A DNA stretch of 64,000 bases, from NCBI GenBank assembly GCA_965279515.1, contig CBDIID010000003.1, positions 384,001-448,000 on the forward strand. The letters are read 5' to 3'. A model generated the notes under the pieces. The model searched no databases and was not told where the DNA came from. It saw nothing but the letters and a program-made list of their open reading frames with translations. Each line of letters opens with the position of its first letter. Position 1 is the first letter of the stretch. The position numbers and the translations under genes are program-made. This document shows positions 53,161-62,609 of this stretch, in pieces. This stretch comes from Turneriella sp. (GTDB lineage: Bacteria; Spirochaetota; Leptospiria; Turneriellales; Turneriellaceae).

Positions 53161-54890
53161 TGGAAAATTATCGCGCCCCCTGAATATTTTACGTTTTCAG
53201 AAGAATACTGAAAGCCTAAGCGCTTCCCGGCCGGCTCATACGTAAGCTCAAGCTCAAGAAGCTGCGCCGGGTAAATGACTCTCTGGAATTTCAATCCCTT
53301 TACGCGGCGGACTGGCTCAGCAATCATAAAATACTGCGATGCAAATTGCACAGCCCAGTTTATCTGAACGATGCCGGGTAAAACCGGCAGGTCGGGAAAA
53401 TGGCCTTCAAAATAACCGAGATCGCGCGGCACGCGTAACTGTGCTGCAATATGGAGATCATCACGGGTCAGTGAAATGACATGCGGTTGCAGAACCTCGC
53501 CGCTGAAGACCGGCTTAAACCATGTTTTCAGCGCAACCGCATTCCGCTTTCCCTGGCTATTCAATTCAATCTTATCTACATAACGCCACTTTTTGGGTAA
53601 AACCACAGCGTCGAGATAACCGGACAGAAAATCCCGGATTTTCTCATTCATGCCCTTCGCGCCGATACGATCCAGCTCCAGTTTTCCTTCAGTGGATAAC
53701 ACCACGGCACAAACAATCTGGCGGCGTTTTAAGTTAACGCTGTCAATCACCAGGGCCGCGCAATCTTCGATTAAAGGCAACTTGCAGACCAGTTGTTCAA
53801 TTTCAAGCAGCGAGACCCGCTTTTCCTGAATCTTTACCACTGAATCTGCGCGCCCCAAAAGCTCAAAGCTGCGGGACTCCCCAAGGCGGACGAGATCGTC
53901 GGTTCTATGCCAGTCAGTGGTCGTAAGGTAGGGCGATTTGATGAGTAAGCGCCCTGAATCATCCTGGGAAATTTCAATCTTCGAAAACGGTTGCCAACTT
54001 CCATCAATAGCCGGACTCCTGAAGGCAATGCCACCGGTCTCCGTTGACCCGTACACCTCTGCCAGAATGTGTGGTTCGCCCCCGCCGATGAATGCGGCGG
54101 TGCTCTTATCAAGCACACCGCCCGATGAAAAAACGCGGGAGAAAAACCGGCTAAGTGCCCTGAGCCGATCTTCGGGCAATGCCCGCAGAAATGCCGGCGA
54201 AGAAACCAATATGGCTTTTCCACCTCCATCTGATGGCGGAGAAAACTCTTCCGGGTAGCGAATGATTTGGCGGCGAAAAGCTCTTCCCGCTGCTAATGGC
54301 CAAAGCACCGAAAACAACAAGCCATAAATGTGTTGGTGATGCACGGTTGAAACAACCGGGGATGCCCCCAGAAACCCGCCCCAGTTGTTTTCCAATTCCG
54401 CAATTTCCGTCTCCAGCTGGCCCAGGGTTTTAAGGACGCGCTTGGGTTCACCTTCAGACCCGGATGTAAAAAGTTCTATTCCGCATTTTGCGGCATTAAG
54501 TACGGAAAATTTTCCGACTGGCCCTGCCTGGCCCGGCCAGCTTTGAACCGGAATATGCGAGAGTTTTGTTTCATTGGAAAAATCGCTGATTATGGCGTCT
54601 GCATACTTCTCCATACCCATCAGGGTGTTGCGTTGCTTATTCGGAGGTAAAAGAATTATTTTCCCTGCATGGCATAACGCAAAAAAACACACGGAAAATG
54701 TATATGCATCGTCGCAAGAAAGCACCCAGCGCTGGGCGGTTTGTCGCTCCAGCACCTGCGATAACTTCCAGACTTCTGATTTAAACCCGCTCCAACGGAC
54801 AGCTTCCTGCTCATCGAAGGCCACGACAGATTCGTCAGCTTCCCGCTCAGCCAGCATCCGGCTCAGCAATTGAAAATGTGAGTTTTTCAT
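53157..54890 (-). CDS. Acyl-ACP/CoA synthetase fused to dehydratase (ApeH + ApeI-like)
   Basis: FTSGSEGEPK, HQHIYGLLF, EVYGSTETGG, GRAD..VKI.EKRVSL; C-terminal 'FEGHFP..PVLPGIVQI.WA'. Confidence 0.88.
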   Translation of the reverse strand: MKNSHFQLLSRMLAEREADESVVAFDEQEAVRWSGFKSEVWKLSQVLERQTAQRWVLSCDDAYTFSVCFFALCHAGKIILLPPNKQRNTLMGMEKYADAIISDFSNETKLSHIPVQSWPGQAGPVGKFSVLNAAKCGIELFTSGSEGEPKRVLKTLGQLETEIAELENNWGGFLGASPVVSTVHHQHIYGLLFSVLWPLAAGRAFRRQIIRYPEEFSPPSDGGGKAILVSSPAFLRALPEDRLRALSRFFSRVFSSGGVLDKSTAAFIGGGEPHILAEVYGSTETGGIAFRSPAIDGSWQPFSKIEISQDDSGRLLIKSPYLTTTDWHRTDDLVRLGESRSFELLGRADSVVKIQEKRVSLLEIEQLVCKLPLIEDCAALVIDSVNLKRRQIVCAVVLSTEGKLELDRIGAKGMNEKIRDFLSGYLDAVVLPKKWRYVDKIELNSQGKRNAVALKTWFKPVFSGEVLQPHVISLTRDDLHIAAQLRVPRDLGYFEGHFPDLPVLPGIVQINWAVQFASQYFMIAEPVRRVKGLKFQRVIYPAQLLELELTYEPAGKRLGFQYSSENVKYSGGAIIFQ

Positions 54891-54901
54891 CCTGGTAAAT
54901 G

Positions 54902-55471
54902 TTAGTTGGCTGCCGGTCTCTTAGGGCGGACGGCAAACTCAACCGCAAATATTAATCCCATAAAAATATAACTGATGAACCCGTTGTAGAGCGTCCAGAT
55001 CTCCAGCGATGTAAAAAAGACTGTGTATAGGGCCACCAGGCCGTTCATAACAAAAAAAGCCATCCAGACTTTTGTGACCTTTCGCGTATACCTCTGGCCG
55101 CTCTCCGGTAAATCCGGATAACTCAGCCTTGCAATCCGCTCAATCATCGACGGCGGCCTGAGCAGCGTGTAAAAGAAAAGCCCTAAAAGAGTGACGTTAA
55201 TCAATACGGGAATTGCTCTCAGGTAAAGCGGATCATTCGAAATCAAGGTTAAGACGACGATCACCAAAACAGCTAAAAAGACCGGAACAAGCTGTTGCAG
55301 ATTTTTTTTCCGCAGCGAGAGCGTCAGCAACAGACGCAAGGCGAAAACCGCGAGAATCATGAGGCCGACAGATTTAGGCTGCAATGTCTTCAAACCGAAA
55401 TAAACAGCAGGGGGATACGCGACAATCGTAATACCAATGAGAATAGTCAACGCTGTGCGCAGCAGGCGCAC
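54902..55471 (-). CDS. COG4648-type membrane protein (ApeG-like)
   Basis: 'YP..VY.G', 'PSMIERIARL..P', 'YTRKVTKVW', 'WTLYNGFISY'. Confidence 0.85.
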   Translation of the reverse strand: MRLLRTALTILIGITIVAYPPAVYFGLKTLQPKSVGLMILAVFALRLLLTLSLRKKNLQQLVPVFLAVLVIVVLTLISNDPLYLRAIPVLINVTLLGLFFYTLLRPPSMIERIARLSYPDLPESGQRYTRKVTKVWMAFFVMNGLVALYTVFFTSLEIWTLYNGFISYIFMGLIFAVEFAVRPKRPAAN

Positions 55472-55474
55472 GAT

Positions 55475-55738
55475 TTAAAGTCCGTGTATGACTTTATACG
55501 CAGCTTCAACCATGTCGTCAACGGTTCTGACGGTCTTAAAGTCTTCGGGCTTTACTTTCTTTCCGGTTTTTTTCTGCAGAAAGATTAACACATCCACGGC
55601 ATCGATACTGTCCAGATCAAGATCATTGTAGATATGGGCAGCCGGTACGACATGTTTTGCATTTAGTTCGAAACGATCGACCAGCAAATTTTTTATTTCC
55701 TGAAATAATTCGTCTTTGGAGGCAATTTCTGCATTCAT
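55475..55738 (-). CDS. Acyl carrier protein (ApeF-like)
   Basis: DLDLDSIDAVD; FKTVRTVDD. Confidence 0.92.
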   Translation of the reverse strand: MNAEIASKDELFQEIKNLLVDRFELNAKHVVPAAHIYNDLDLDSIDAVDVLIFLQKKTGKKVKPEDFKTVRTVDDMVEAAYKVIHGL

Positions 55739-56019
55739 ACGTGGCTCGGTTCCTGATGAGACTTTTGCTGGCTTTCAATGAACAAAACCAGACTCTTGAC
55801 AGAGGCAAAGTGCTCTTTGTTTTCCTTCGATTTTGCGTTTATTTTAATATTATATTTTTTTGAAATGCGCAGGCCAAGCTCAAGGGCGTCGACGGAATCG
55901 AGCCCGAGGCCTTTACCGAAAAGCGGCGCTTCGCTGTCGATATCGGCGGGCTTGACATCTTCGAGATCGAGTGCACTGACGATAAGTTCTTTCAATTCCA
56001 GATCAAGCTTTTGATTCAT
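55735..56019 (-). CDS. Acyl carrier protein (ApeE-like)
   Basis: PLFGKGLGLDSVDALELG. Confidence 0.92.
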   Translation of the reverse strand: MNQKLDLELKELIVSALDLEDVKPADIDSEAPLFGKGLGLDSVDALELGLRISKKYNIKINAKSKENKEHFASVKSLVLFIESQQKSHQEPSHV

Positions 56020-56788
56020 ATTCTTCCTGAGCTTTTAAAAAATAAGCTTCGAAATACTCGGTAAGGCGACGCGGCCCATTGTCACTATATTGTAAAAATG
56101 CATCTACCTGAAAAGCATCTTTCACAATGACAGTCAGCGTCGCCGGCACCTCGGGAACCTGATACCATTTTTTATCTTTCGTCAGCGTCGATGGCCGCAT
56201 GTCGATGAAAATCGGCTGTACCTTCCGCGAACTCAGTAAGGCAATGCGGGCAGCCCCGCGCTGAAAATGCCGGGGTTTGCCTGGCGTTGTTCTCGTTCCT
56301 TCGGGAAAGAGAATCAGATTATTCCCGGCCTGTATGCGCGCAGCGCACTCGTCTATCAGCGAATGGGGATCATCACTTTTAATGAATCCTGCGGCCCGCA
56401 CAACTCCACCCCAAAAGAAATGGTGGTACGCTCCTGGTTTAACAATACAATCTGCCGTTCGCAGAACTGACATGATGGCAACGACGTCGATCAGTGATGG
56501 ATGGTTCGCTATAATTAACTGGCCTTTGGCCGAGCGCAACTTCTCCCGGCCGATAATTCTAACGCGCATGGCACCCACGCAGCGCATGAATGTTATGAAA
56601 AACTTAAAGGCGATATGCAGATTATACTGAATCAGTTTTTTGCGCCGTTCTTTTCCGATCGGAAGAATCCGGTAAAGAGGGAAAACAAAGAAAAACAACA
56701 CCAGGGCTCCGGAACCAAAGACAAGGAACGATAAACCTGTGCCGCCCACGCGCACCCAGTACGCAAGGGATTTAAGCATTTTTCTCAA
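56003..56788 (-). CDS. Lysophospholipid acyltransferase (ApeD-like)
   Basis: ANHPSLID, FPEGTRT. Confidence 0.9.
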   Translation of the reverse strand: MRKMLKSLAYWVRVGGTGLSFLVFGSGALVLFFFVFPLYRILPIGKERRKKLIQYNLHIAFKFFITFMRCVGAMRVRIIGREKLRSAKGQLIIANHPSLIDVVAIMSVLRTADCIVKPGAYHHFFWGGVVRAAGFIKSDDPHSLIDECAARIQAGNNLILFPEGTRTTPGKPRHFQRGAARIALLSSRKVQPIFIDMRPSTLTKDKKWYQVPEVPATLTVIVKDAFQVDAFLQYSDNGPRRLTEYFEAYFLKAQEEYESKA

Positions 56789-57488
56789 ACTGACACCGTA
56801 GCCGGTTGCTGCCTACAGAAATTTGGCGGTCTGAAGAAAGCAACCAGCGCACAAATCCAATTATATCGTTGTTCTCAGGGTATGTCTTTTTCTCAGGGGA
56901 AATCCGCGCGCTGACCTGCATGCCGGAATCTTTACTGATGAGCAGTGCCAATGCCAAATCGACGGCGTCGGGCGAATCAAAGCCTTGATATTCTTCCGGT
57001 AATATGCGGTCGGCGAAAATGAGAAGCACCTCGGGGTAATCCTCATCGAGAAACCCCAGCGCTTCGACGAGGCCGGCAACGAAAGTATCCTCACCGGCAG
57101 CCACGGCGGTCGAAGGCGCAGTGCTGCCCGTGAACATCGAATAAAGCCCGATGCCTGCATTATGCACCGACAAACCAAAAGACATCGGAGATATTTCTTC
57201 ACCTGCGTTTACAAGGTGAAGGAGCTCCACGGCGCGGTGAATTTCTCCGTGCCGTGAAGCCAGTACAGTACGCACGTCTCTCTGCGGAGCGCATTGCTGC
57301 CCCGCAGCAAATAATAACCGGGTCAGAGTGCTCATCCGCCGCCTCATGTTTGCCGGCACGAAACCGACATCTGGCTCTGCCGGATCGCTTGAGAGCGTGA
57401 CTTCACCCCTGCCCCACTTTGTCCATTCATCTCTGGAGGTTAGGCCCGGGGCGATGGCCGCCCATTCCTGAATATAAAAATCAAACAA
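56772..57488 (-). CDS. Ketosynthase chain-length factor (ApeC-like)
   Basis: 'PANMRRRMS', 'ASRHGE', 'SPMSFGLSVHNA'. Confidence 0.9.
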   Translation of the reverse strand: MFDFYIQEWAAIAPGLTSRDEWTKWGRGEVTLSSDPAEPDVGFVPANMRRRMSTLTRLLFAAGQQCAPQRDVRTVLASRHGEIHRAVELLHLVNAGEEISPMSFGLSVHNAGIGLYSMFTGSTAPSTAVAAGEDTFVAGLVEALGFLDEDYPEVLLIFADRILPEEYQGFDSPDAVDLALALLISKDSGMQVSARISPEKKTYPENNDIIGFVRWLLSSDRQISVGSNRLRCQFEKNA

Positions 57489-57517
57489 TCAGATTACCGC
57501 GCCGGTAAAGGCAAACG

Positions 57518-57904
57518 TCACTGGCAACGTCGAATATCGTTAAACAACTTGTCTTCGATCCACGTAAAGTACTTACGGTGGATGTGTTCGCCGTCATACT
57601 TCATGTCGGCGCTGTCGACATAGTCAACGGTAATACCATCCCTTAAGACATTAAATTGTACGCGAACCATGTGTGAACGAACTCTCAGCTCGCCGATATG
57701 TACATCCGGAGACTGTTGCGTCAGCGACCAACCTTCGCTTTTAGTGATCGCTTTTTTTAAACATTCCGTCAGCTTCGCGGGGGTGCTTTCTGCGGGTAGC
57801 GGTGCCCTATAAACCATCTGCCGCATCGGCTTCGTCGTAAAACTACTACAAGCAGAAACCAGCAGAACACAACACATCAGTACATTTCTCATATTACCAG
57901 CCAT
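57518..57904 (-). CDS. Small lipoprotein heading the APE operon
   Basis: LVSAC lipobox; 'R.H...V', 'YVDS....Y....IH..Y..W'; same strand, 29 bp upstream of CLF gene. Confidence 0.65.
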   Translation of the reverse strand: MAGNMRNVLMCCVLLVSACSSFTTKPMRQMVYRAPLPAESTPAKLTECLKKAITKSEGWSLTQQSPDVHIGELRVRSHMVRVQFNVLRDGITVDYVDSADMKYDGEHIHRKYFTWIEDKLFNDIRRCQ

Positions 57905-58122
57905 TTATTATCTCCTGTTATAAGCATTGCGCTTCGGGTGCCTAAAATTGACGTCCACTATGAAATGTGAAGCAGTAACGTAAATTTTATTCCACGTCAA
58001 TGCCTGAGATTTTGAAAAAACGGATGGCAGCTGATTCGTTTTTCTGCTTGTCGTCTAAGCGCATTTGAGATTGGTAGCCGGTTCAAAGCCTTTTGGCATC
58101 ACATCATTTCGAAGGAGATCTA

Positions 58123-58722
58123 ATGAAAAAAAGCACACCCCTAAAAACTCAAATAATCTGCAGTATTTTGATACTCGGAATATTAAATGCCTGCAGCACA
58201 AACGCAAAAATACTCAAGTCCGACAATACGCATGTCACGGGCAAAATTGTCCGCGCTGATGCACAAAATGTTCATATGGAGCAATTTGGCCGTGAGGTCA
58301 CGGTGAAAAGATCTGAGATTCTCGAAGTCTCGCATCCTGGTAAACCCCTGATGTGGGTGGGCGGAGGTACTTTTGCTGGCGGGGCCACGATGGCCATAGC
58401 AGGGGCCATATTGATGTCTACGAACTCATCCGCGACGACTAATTCCGGGTATGGTGTAACGACCACAACGAATTGGAACACTCTGGGCACCGTTTATATT
58501 GTTTCCGGGAGTATTTTAGGCGTTGCCGGAATCGTTCTCTTTTTCACCGGTTATTCACGATACACTACATCGAAAGACAATTTTCAGTCTGGCGGCGGCA
58601 TGACCTTGTGGTCACCGACTCCGGGTATATATCTCGGCTATCAGTCGATTATGCAAATGCCAGTATCTGCTGCCGTTGGTAGTGAAACCATCCACCAAGG
58701 CCGACTCAGCTTTCGCTTCTAG
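58123..58722 (+). CDS. Hypothetical lipoprotein with two TM/Gly-rich helices
   Basis: GAAGGAG RBS, ILNAC lipobox, hydrophobic segments. Confidence 0.65.
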   Translation: MKKSTPLKTQIICSILILGILNACSTNAKILKSDNTHVTGKIVRADAQNVHMEQFGREVTVKRSEILEVSHPGKPLMWVGGGTFAGGATMAIAGAILMSTNSSATTNSGYGVTTTTNWNTLGTVYIVSGSILGVAGIVLFFTGYSRYTTSKDNFQSGGGMTLWSPTPGIYLGYQSIMQMPVSAAVGSETIHQGRLSFRF

Positions 58723-58729
58723 CTCGTAA

Positions 58730-58761
58730 TTCATAACCGCCTCTTTGGAGGCGGTTATGAA
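58730..58761. terminator. Perfect hairpin between convergent genes
   Basis: ttcataaccgcctc-tttg-gaggcggttatgaa. Confidence 0.6.
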
Positions 58762-58762
58762 A

Positions 58763-59896
58763 CTACAAGATAGCGGCGAAAATTTCGCGGAAATTCTGCT
58801 CTGTGACGGGCACGGGGTTGCTCGGATGACAACCGTCGGCAATTGCCACTTTAACGAGCGCATCAATCTTATCCGCTGTGACGCCGGCCGCCTTGAGCGT
58901 CGCCGGTATCTTCAGCCGTTCTTTAAGAGCCTTGACCCACGGTAAAAAATCCGCACCCGATTTTAATCCCACCGCCTGCGCCAGCCGGTCGAAACGATCG
59001 GGCACCGCCTTGAAGTTGAAGGCAAGCGCGTGATCGAGCATGATGCCATTCGCGAGACCGTGGTGCATGTCGACGACAGCCGACAGCGCATGCGCGCAGG
59101 AGTGCACAATGCCGAGCCCTTTCTGGAACGCCACGGCGCCCATCATCGAGGCGGCCAGCATGTCGGCGCGCGCCGCGAGGTCGCCGCCCTTCTCGCACGC
59201 TACAGGAAGAGCCTTCGCAGAGAGATGCAAACCTTCAAGTGCGATACCCTCTGCCATGGGATGCCACCCCTTCGCCAAAAAGGCTTCGATCAAATGCGTC
59301 ATGGCATCCAGGCCCGTCGCCGCGGTAATATGCGCGGGTAAGGCAACCGTCAGCTCAGGGTCGGCAAAGACAGCCTTCGCGAGGAGGCGCGGCGAAAAAA
59401 TAACTTTTTTGACATGCGTAACTTCGTCGGCGACAACGGTGCTGCGCCCGACTTCAGAGCCCGTGCCTGCCGTCGTCGGGATGGCAATCCAGTAAGGGAT
59501 CTCTTTATCAAAAGGCAATGCGCCGGGCTTTTCATCTTCGTAATCGAAGATGTCGCCGGGATGATGCACCATCAGCGCAATCGCTTTAGCGACGTCGAGC
59601 GCAGCCCCGCCACCGATGCCCAGGATCGCATTGGCCCCGCTTTTTCTAAAGGCTTCAACGCCCGCAGTCACCTGGGATTTTACCGGATTCCCGCGCACGC
59701 CGCTGAATATTTCAACGGAGAGGTTTTTCTGAAGCTCGCCCGCATATTCGATGAAGAACGGGAGTTTTGCAAGACCTTCATCCGTGACGATCAGGATCTT
59801 TTCAAAGCCTTGCTGCGCGAGATGTTCACCCGCCTGGCGGCGTACACCCGCGCCGAATGTGATCGCAGTCGGAAAGCTAAAACGTGAAATACTCAT
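58763..59896 (-). CDS. Iron-containing alcohol dehydrogenase
   Basis: GGGAALD..K, PTTAGTGSE, DAMTH, H..AH, HHG. Confidence 0.93.
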   Translation of the reverse strand: MSISRFSFPTAITFGAGVRRQAGEHLAQQGFEKILIVTDEGLAKLPFFIEYAGELQKNLSVEIFSGVRGNPVKSQVTAGVEAFRKSGANAILGIGGGAALDVAKAIALMVHHPGDIFDYEDEKPGALPFDKEIPYWIAIPTTAGTGSEVGRSTVVADEVTHVKKVIFSPRLLAKAVFADPELTVALPAHITAATGLDAMTHLIEAFLAKGWHPMAEGIALEGLHLSAKALPVACEKGGDLAARADMLAASMMGAVAFQKGLGIVHSCAHALSAVVDMHHGLANGIMLDHALAFNFKAVPDRFDRLAQAVGLKSGADFLPWVKALKERLKIPATLKAAGVTADKIDALVKVAIADGCHPSNPVPVTEQNFREIFAAIL

Positions 59897-59908
59897 ACCT
59901 TACCCCGA

Positions 59909-61276
59909 TTAAATAATTTCAAAATAACGCTTTGTCTCCCAATCGGTGACGGCATCCTGAAACTGGCGCCACTCCCATTCGCGGGTTTTCACAAAGTGTT
60001 CGATCAGTGCGTCGCCCAGAATCGTCCGGGCAATTTTTGAATCGGCGAGCTTACGCGTTGCATCGAGCAAATTATTCGGCAGACGCGGCACCTTGCTTTC
60101 TGCATAGGCACTGCCGATCACCGGCGCATCTTCGAGGGTGAGCTTTTGCTCGAGGCCATAAAGCCCGGCAGCAAGCGAGGCGGCCACTGACAGGTAGGGA
60201 TTTACATCTGAACCCGAAACACGCACTTCCAGCCGCGTCGATTTTTCAGAGCCCGGAATCACCCGGTGCGAAACGGTGCGGTTGTCGACACCCCAGGTGG
60301 GTTTGACCGGTGCCCAGTAGCCGTCGACGAGACGTTTATACGAATTTACCGTTGGGGCAAAAAATGGCAAAAGCTCGGGCAACAGTTTCAGCTGGCCTGC
60401 AAGATAACTCTTAAAGGCGGAGCTCATCTTGTTTTTATCTTTGGCATCGAAGAAGGCGTTTTCGCCGTTTTTTGTCCACAGCGACTGGTGCATGTGCCCC
60501 GAACAGCCCGGCAGGTTCTGGTGCCATTTCGCCATGAAGCTCGGCATGATGCCGAAACGCACCGCGATATCTTTCGCACCCGACTTGAAGAGCGTGGCGC
60601 GATCGGCGCTCTCCATGGCATCGCTGTAGAGAATCGCTGCCTCGTAGACGCCGGGGCCTGTCTCCGTATGTAATCCTTCTATTGGTACCCGAAATGCCGT
60701 GAGCTCGTCCATGAGTGCATTGAAATAATCTTTCTCTTGCCCGACACGGATCAGCGAGTAGCCGAACATACCTGGGGTTATGGGCTCAGGGCGGATGTAC
60801 CCTTTTTCGGATAAACTCTTCGCCGTCTCACGGAAATTAAACCACTCGAACTCCATGCCGTTCTTCGCGGTGAGCCCCATCGCTTCGGCCTTACCGAGCA
60901 CCCGCGCCAAAGTCTGCCGCGGGCAGATATCGAGGGGTTTCATATCGGATGAGACAAACCCACCCAGAAAAAACGGGATATTGTTATCCCAGGGAACAGT
61001 ACGCTCAGTCGCCGGGTCAAGCTGCACCAGCGCATCGGGATAACCCGAATGCCAGCCGGTATAGGTTATGTTATCATAACAGACGTCGCTGCTATCCCAG
61101 CCTAAGACGACGTTGCAGAAACCGAAGGTCGATTCTGCAGCAGATTTGAATTTATCGAAGTGCAGGTATTTGCCGCGCAGCACGCCGTCGATGTCGGCAA
61201 CCGCGACCTTCACCTTTTTGATGCCGCCTTTTTCCAGGCGTTCTAAAATCTTCTTAAAGTCCGGCGTGCCTTCCAT
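59909..61276 (-). CDS. Glutamine-synthetase-like gamma-glutamyl ligase (GlnA4/PuuA type)
   Basis: DIDGVLRGK, EFEW, HTETGPGVYE, GHMHQS, NSYKRL, WGVDNRT, RLEVR. Confidence 0.9.
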   Translation of the reverse strand: MEGTPDFKKILERLEKGGIKKVKVAVADIDGVLRGKYLHFDKFKSAAESTFGFCNVVLGWDSSDVCYDNITYTGWHSGYPDALVQLDPATERTVPWDNNIPFFLGGFVSSDMKPLDICPRQTLARVLGKAEAMGLTAKNGMEFEWFNFRETAKSLSEKGYIRPEPITPGMFGYSLIRVGQEKDYFNALMDELTAFRVPIEGLHTETGPGVYEAAILYSDAMESADRATLFKSGAKDIAVRFGIMPSFMAKWHQNLPGCSGHMHQSLWTKNGENAFFDAKDKNKMSSAFKSYLAGQLKLLPELLPFFAPTVNSYKRLVDGYWAPVKPTWGVDNRTVSHRVIPGSEKSTRLEVRVSGSDVNPYLSVAASLAAGLYGLEQKLTLEDAPVIGSAYAESKVPRLPNNLLDATRKLADSKIARTILGDALIEHFVKTREWEWRQFQDAVTDWETKRYFEII

Positions 61277-62600
61277 GCGTGGCCGTATTATGAACGGGCA
61301 TAATCCTGTAACGAAAATAAACAGATGCGGCGCAGAGAATACCGAGGTAGATGAGGGCCAGTAACTGATTAAAATACGCCATGGCACCGAGCGCAAAGAC
61401 AGCAATGGCGAGTGCCAGCGCCGGAGTCAGCGGATACAGCGGCACCTTGAAGGGGCGTTCCATTCCGGGCGCCGATTGGCGCAGTTTGAAGAGCGAAACG
61501 ACAGCGAGAATATAGATCGAAAGCGCGCCAAAGGTCGCCAGCGTGATCATCTCGCCGGTTTTGCCCGAAAGCAGTATGGCAATCCCAAGCAGCATATTGA
61601 GGGCAAGCGCCCATGCCGGGGTCTGACGCGACGCATGCAGCCGCGCAAATATGCCATGGATATAACGCGCTCGCCCCAGCTCCATGGTTGTGCGCCCCGC
61701 AACGTACAGAATGCCGTGGAATGAGGCGACGAGGCCTAAAAGACCAATCGATACCAACAGATGGTACATGGGATGCCCCGGTCCCGTGATATACGCGAGC
61801 GCGAGCGGCAGCGGCGAATCGGAAGGTGTATTTTTTCCTGCGGGGTAAACCACTGCTTCCCAGCCGGCGACGCCGACGGCGCCAAAGAACACCAGCAGAA
61901 CCAGCACGGCGAGAGTTACGATCGCAAGCTTGAACCCCAGGGCGAGGTCACGGCGCGGATTTTTCACCTCTTCTGCCATATTGGCAACGCCTTCGATTGC
62001 GAGATAGAACCACATCGCAAAGGGAATCGCCGGTAAAATGCCCCACCAACCCGACGGCAATGGATTCGCGGTAAACTTGCGGACATCAAAATGCGGCAGC
62101 ACCAGGCCCGCGAAAACCAGAATCTCTGCCACGGCCAGAACTGTGATAAAAACGCCGAAGGCAGTCGATTCCCGTACACCCCAGATATTCAGAACGGTAA
62201 AAAGAAAATACGCCCCAATCGCAAAAACCGTCGGCGGAATCTGCGGCTGAAAAATATTCAGGTAGGCACCAATGGCCGCCGCAATAGCCGGAGGCGCAAA
62301 TATAAATTCGATGTTTTGCGCCAGCGCGGCGAGAAATCCCGCATAGGCACCAAAGGCGCGGTCGGTATAAACAAAGACGCCACCGGCACGCGGCATCGCG
62401 GTGGCAAGTTCGGCGTAGCTGAGTACAAAACAAAATGCCATGACGGTGATGATGGCCATCGCCACCAACATGCCATAGGGCCCCGCTTGGGGTAATCCCA
62501 GGTTCCAGCCAAAATACATGCCGGAGATGACATAACCCACGCCCATGCCCCAGACAGCGAGCGGCCCTAAGCTGCGTTTAAGTTGCGGAGTTTCCGACAC
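61254..62600 (-). CDS. APC amino-acid permease, ethanolamine permease (Eat)-like
   Basis: 'WGMGVGYVISGMYFGWN', 'IPFAMWFYLAIEG..AEE', 'GLVASFHG'. Confidence 0.85.
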   Translation of the reverse strand: MSETPQLKRSLGPLAVWGMGVGYVISGMYFGWNLGLPQAGPYGMLVAMAIITVMAFCFVLSYAELATAMPRAGGVFVYTDRAFGAYAGFLAALAQNIEFIFAPPAIAAAIGAYLNIFQPQIPPTVFAIGAYFLFTVLNIWGVRESTAFGVFITVLAVAEILVFAGLVLPHFDVRKFTANPLPSGWWGILPAIPFAMWFYLAIEGVANMAEEVKNPRRDLALGFKLAIVTLAVLVLLVFFGAVGVAGWEAVVYPAGKNTPSDSPLPLALAYITGPGHPMYHLLVSIGLLGLVASFHGILYVAGRTTMELGRARYIHGIFARLHASRQTPAWALALNMLLGIAILLSGKTGEMITLATFGALSIYILAVVSLFKLRQSAPGMERPFKVPLYPLTPALALAIAVFALGAMAYFNQLLALIYLGILCAASVYFRYRIMPVHNTATHGRHAGL

Positions 62601-62609
62601 CTTGAGAAA

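Noticed and set aside
58730..58761. cataac...gttatg ends resembling an integron attC site (also 63837-63871)
   Set aside because: Too short, lacks attC extrahelical bases, no integrase; best read as hairpins between convergent genes
59909..61276. Calling this housekeeping glnA
   Set aside because: Context with permease, Fe-ADH, C26 hydrolase and ALDH fits a gamma-glutamyl-amine ligase
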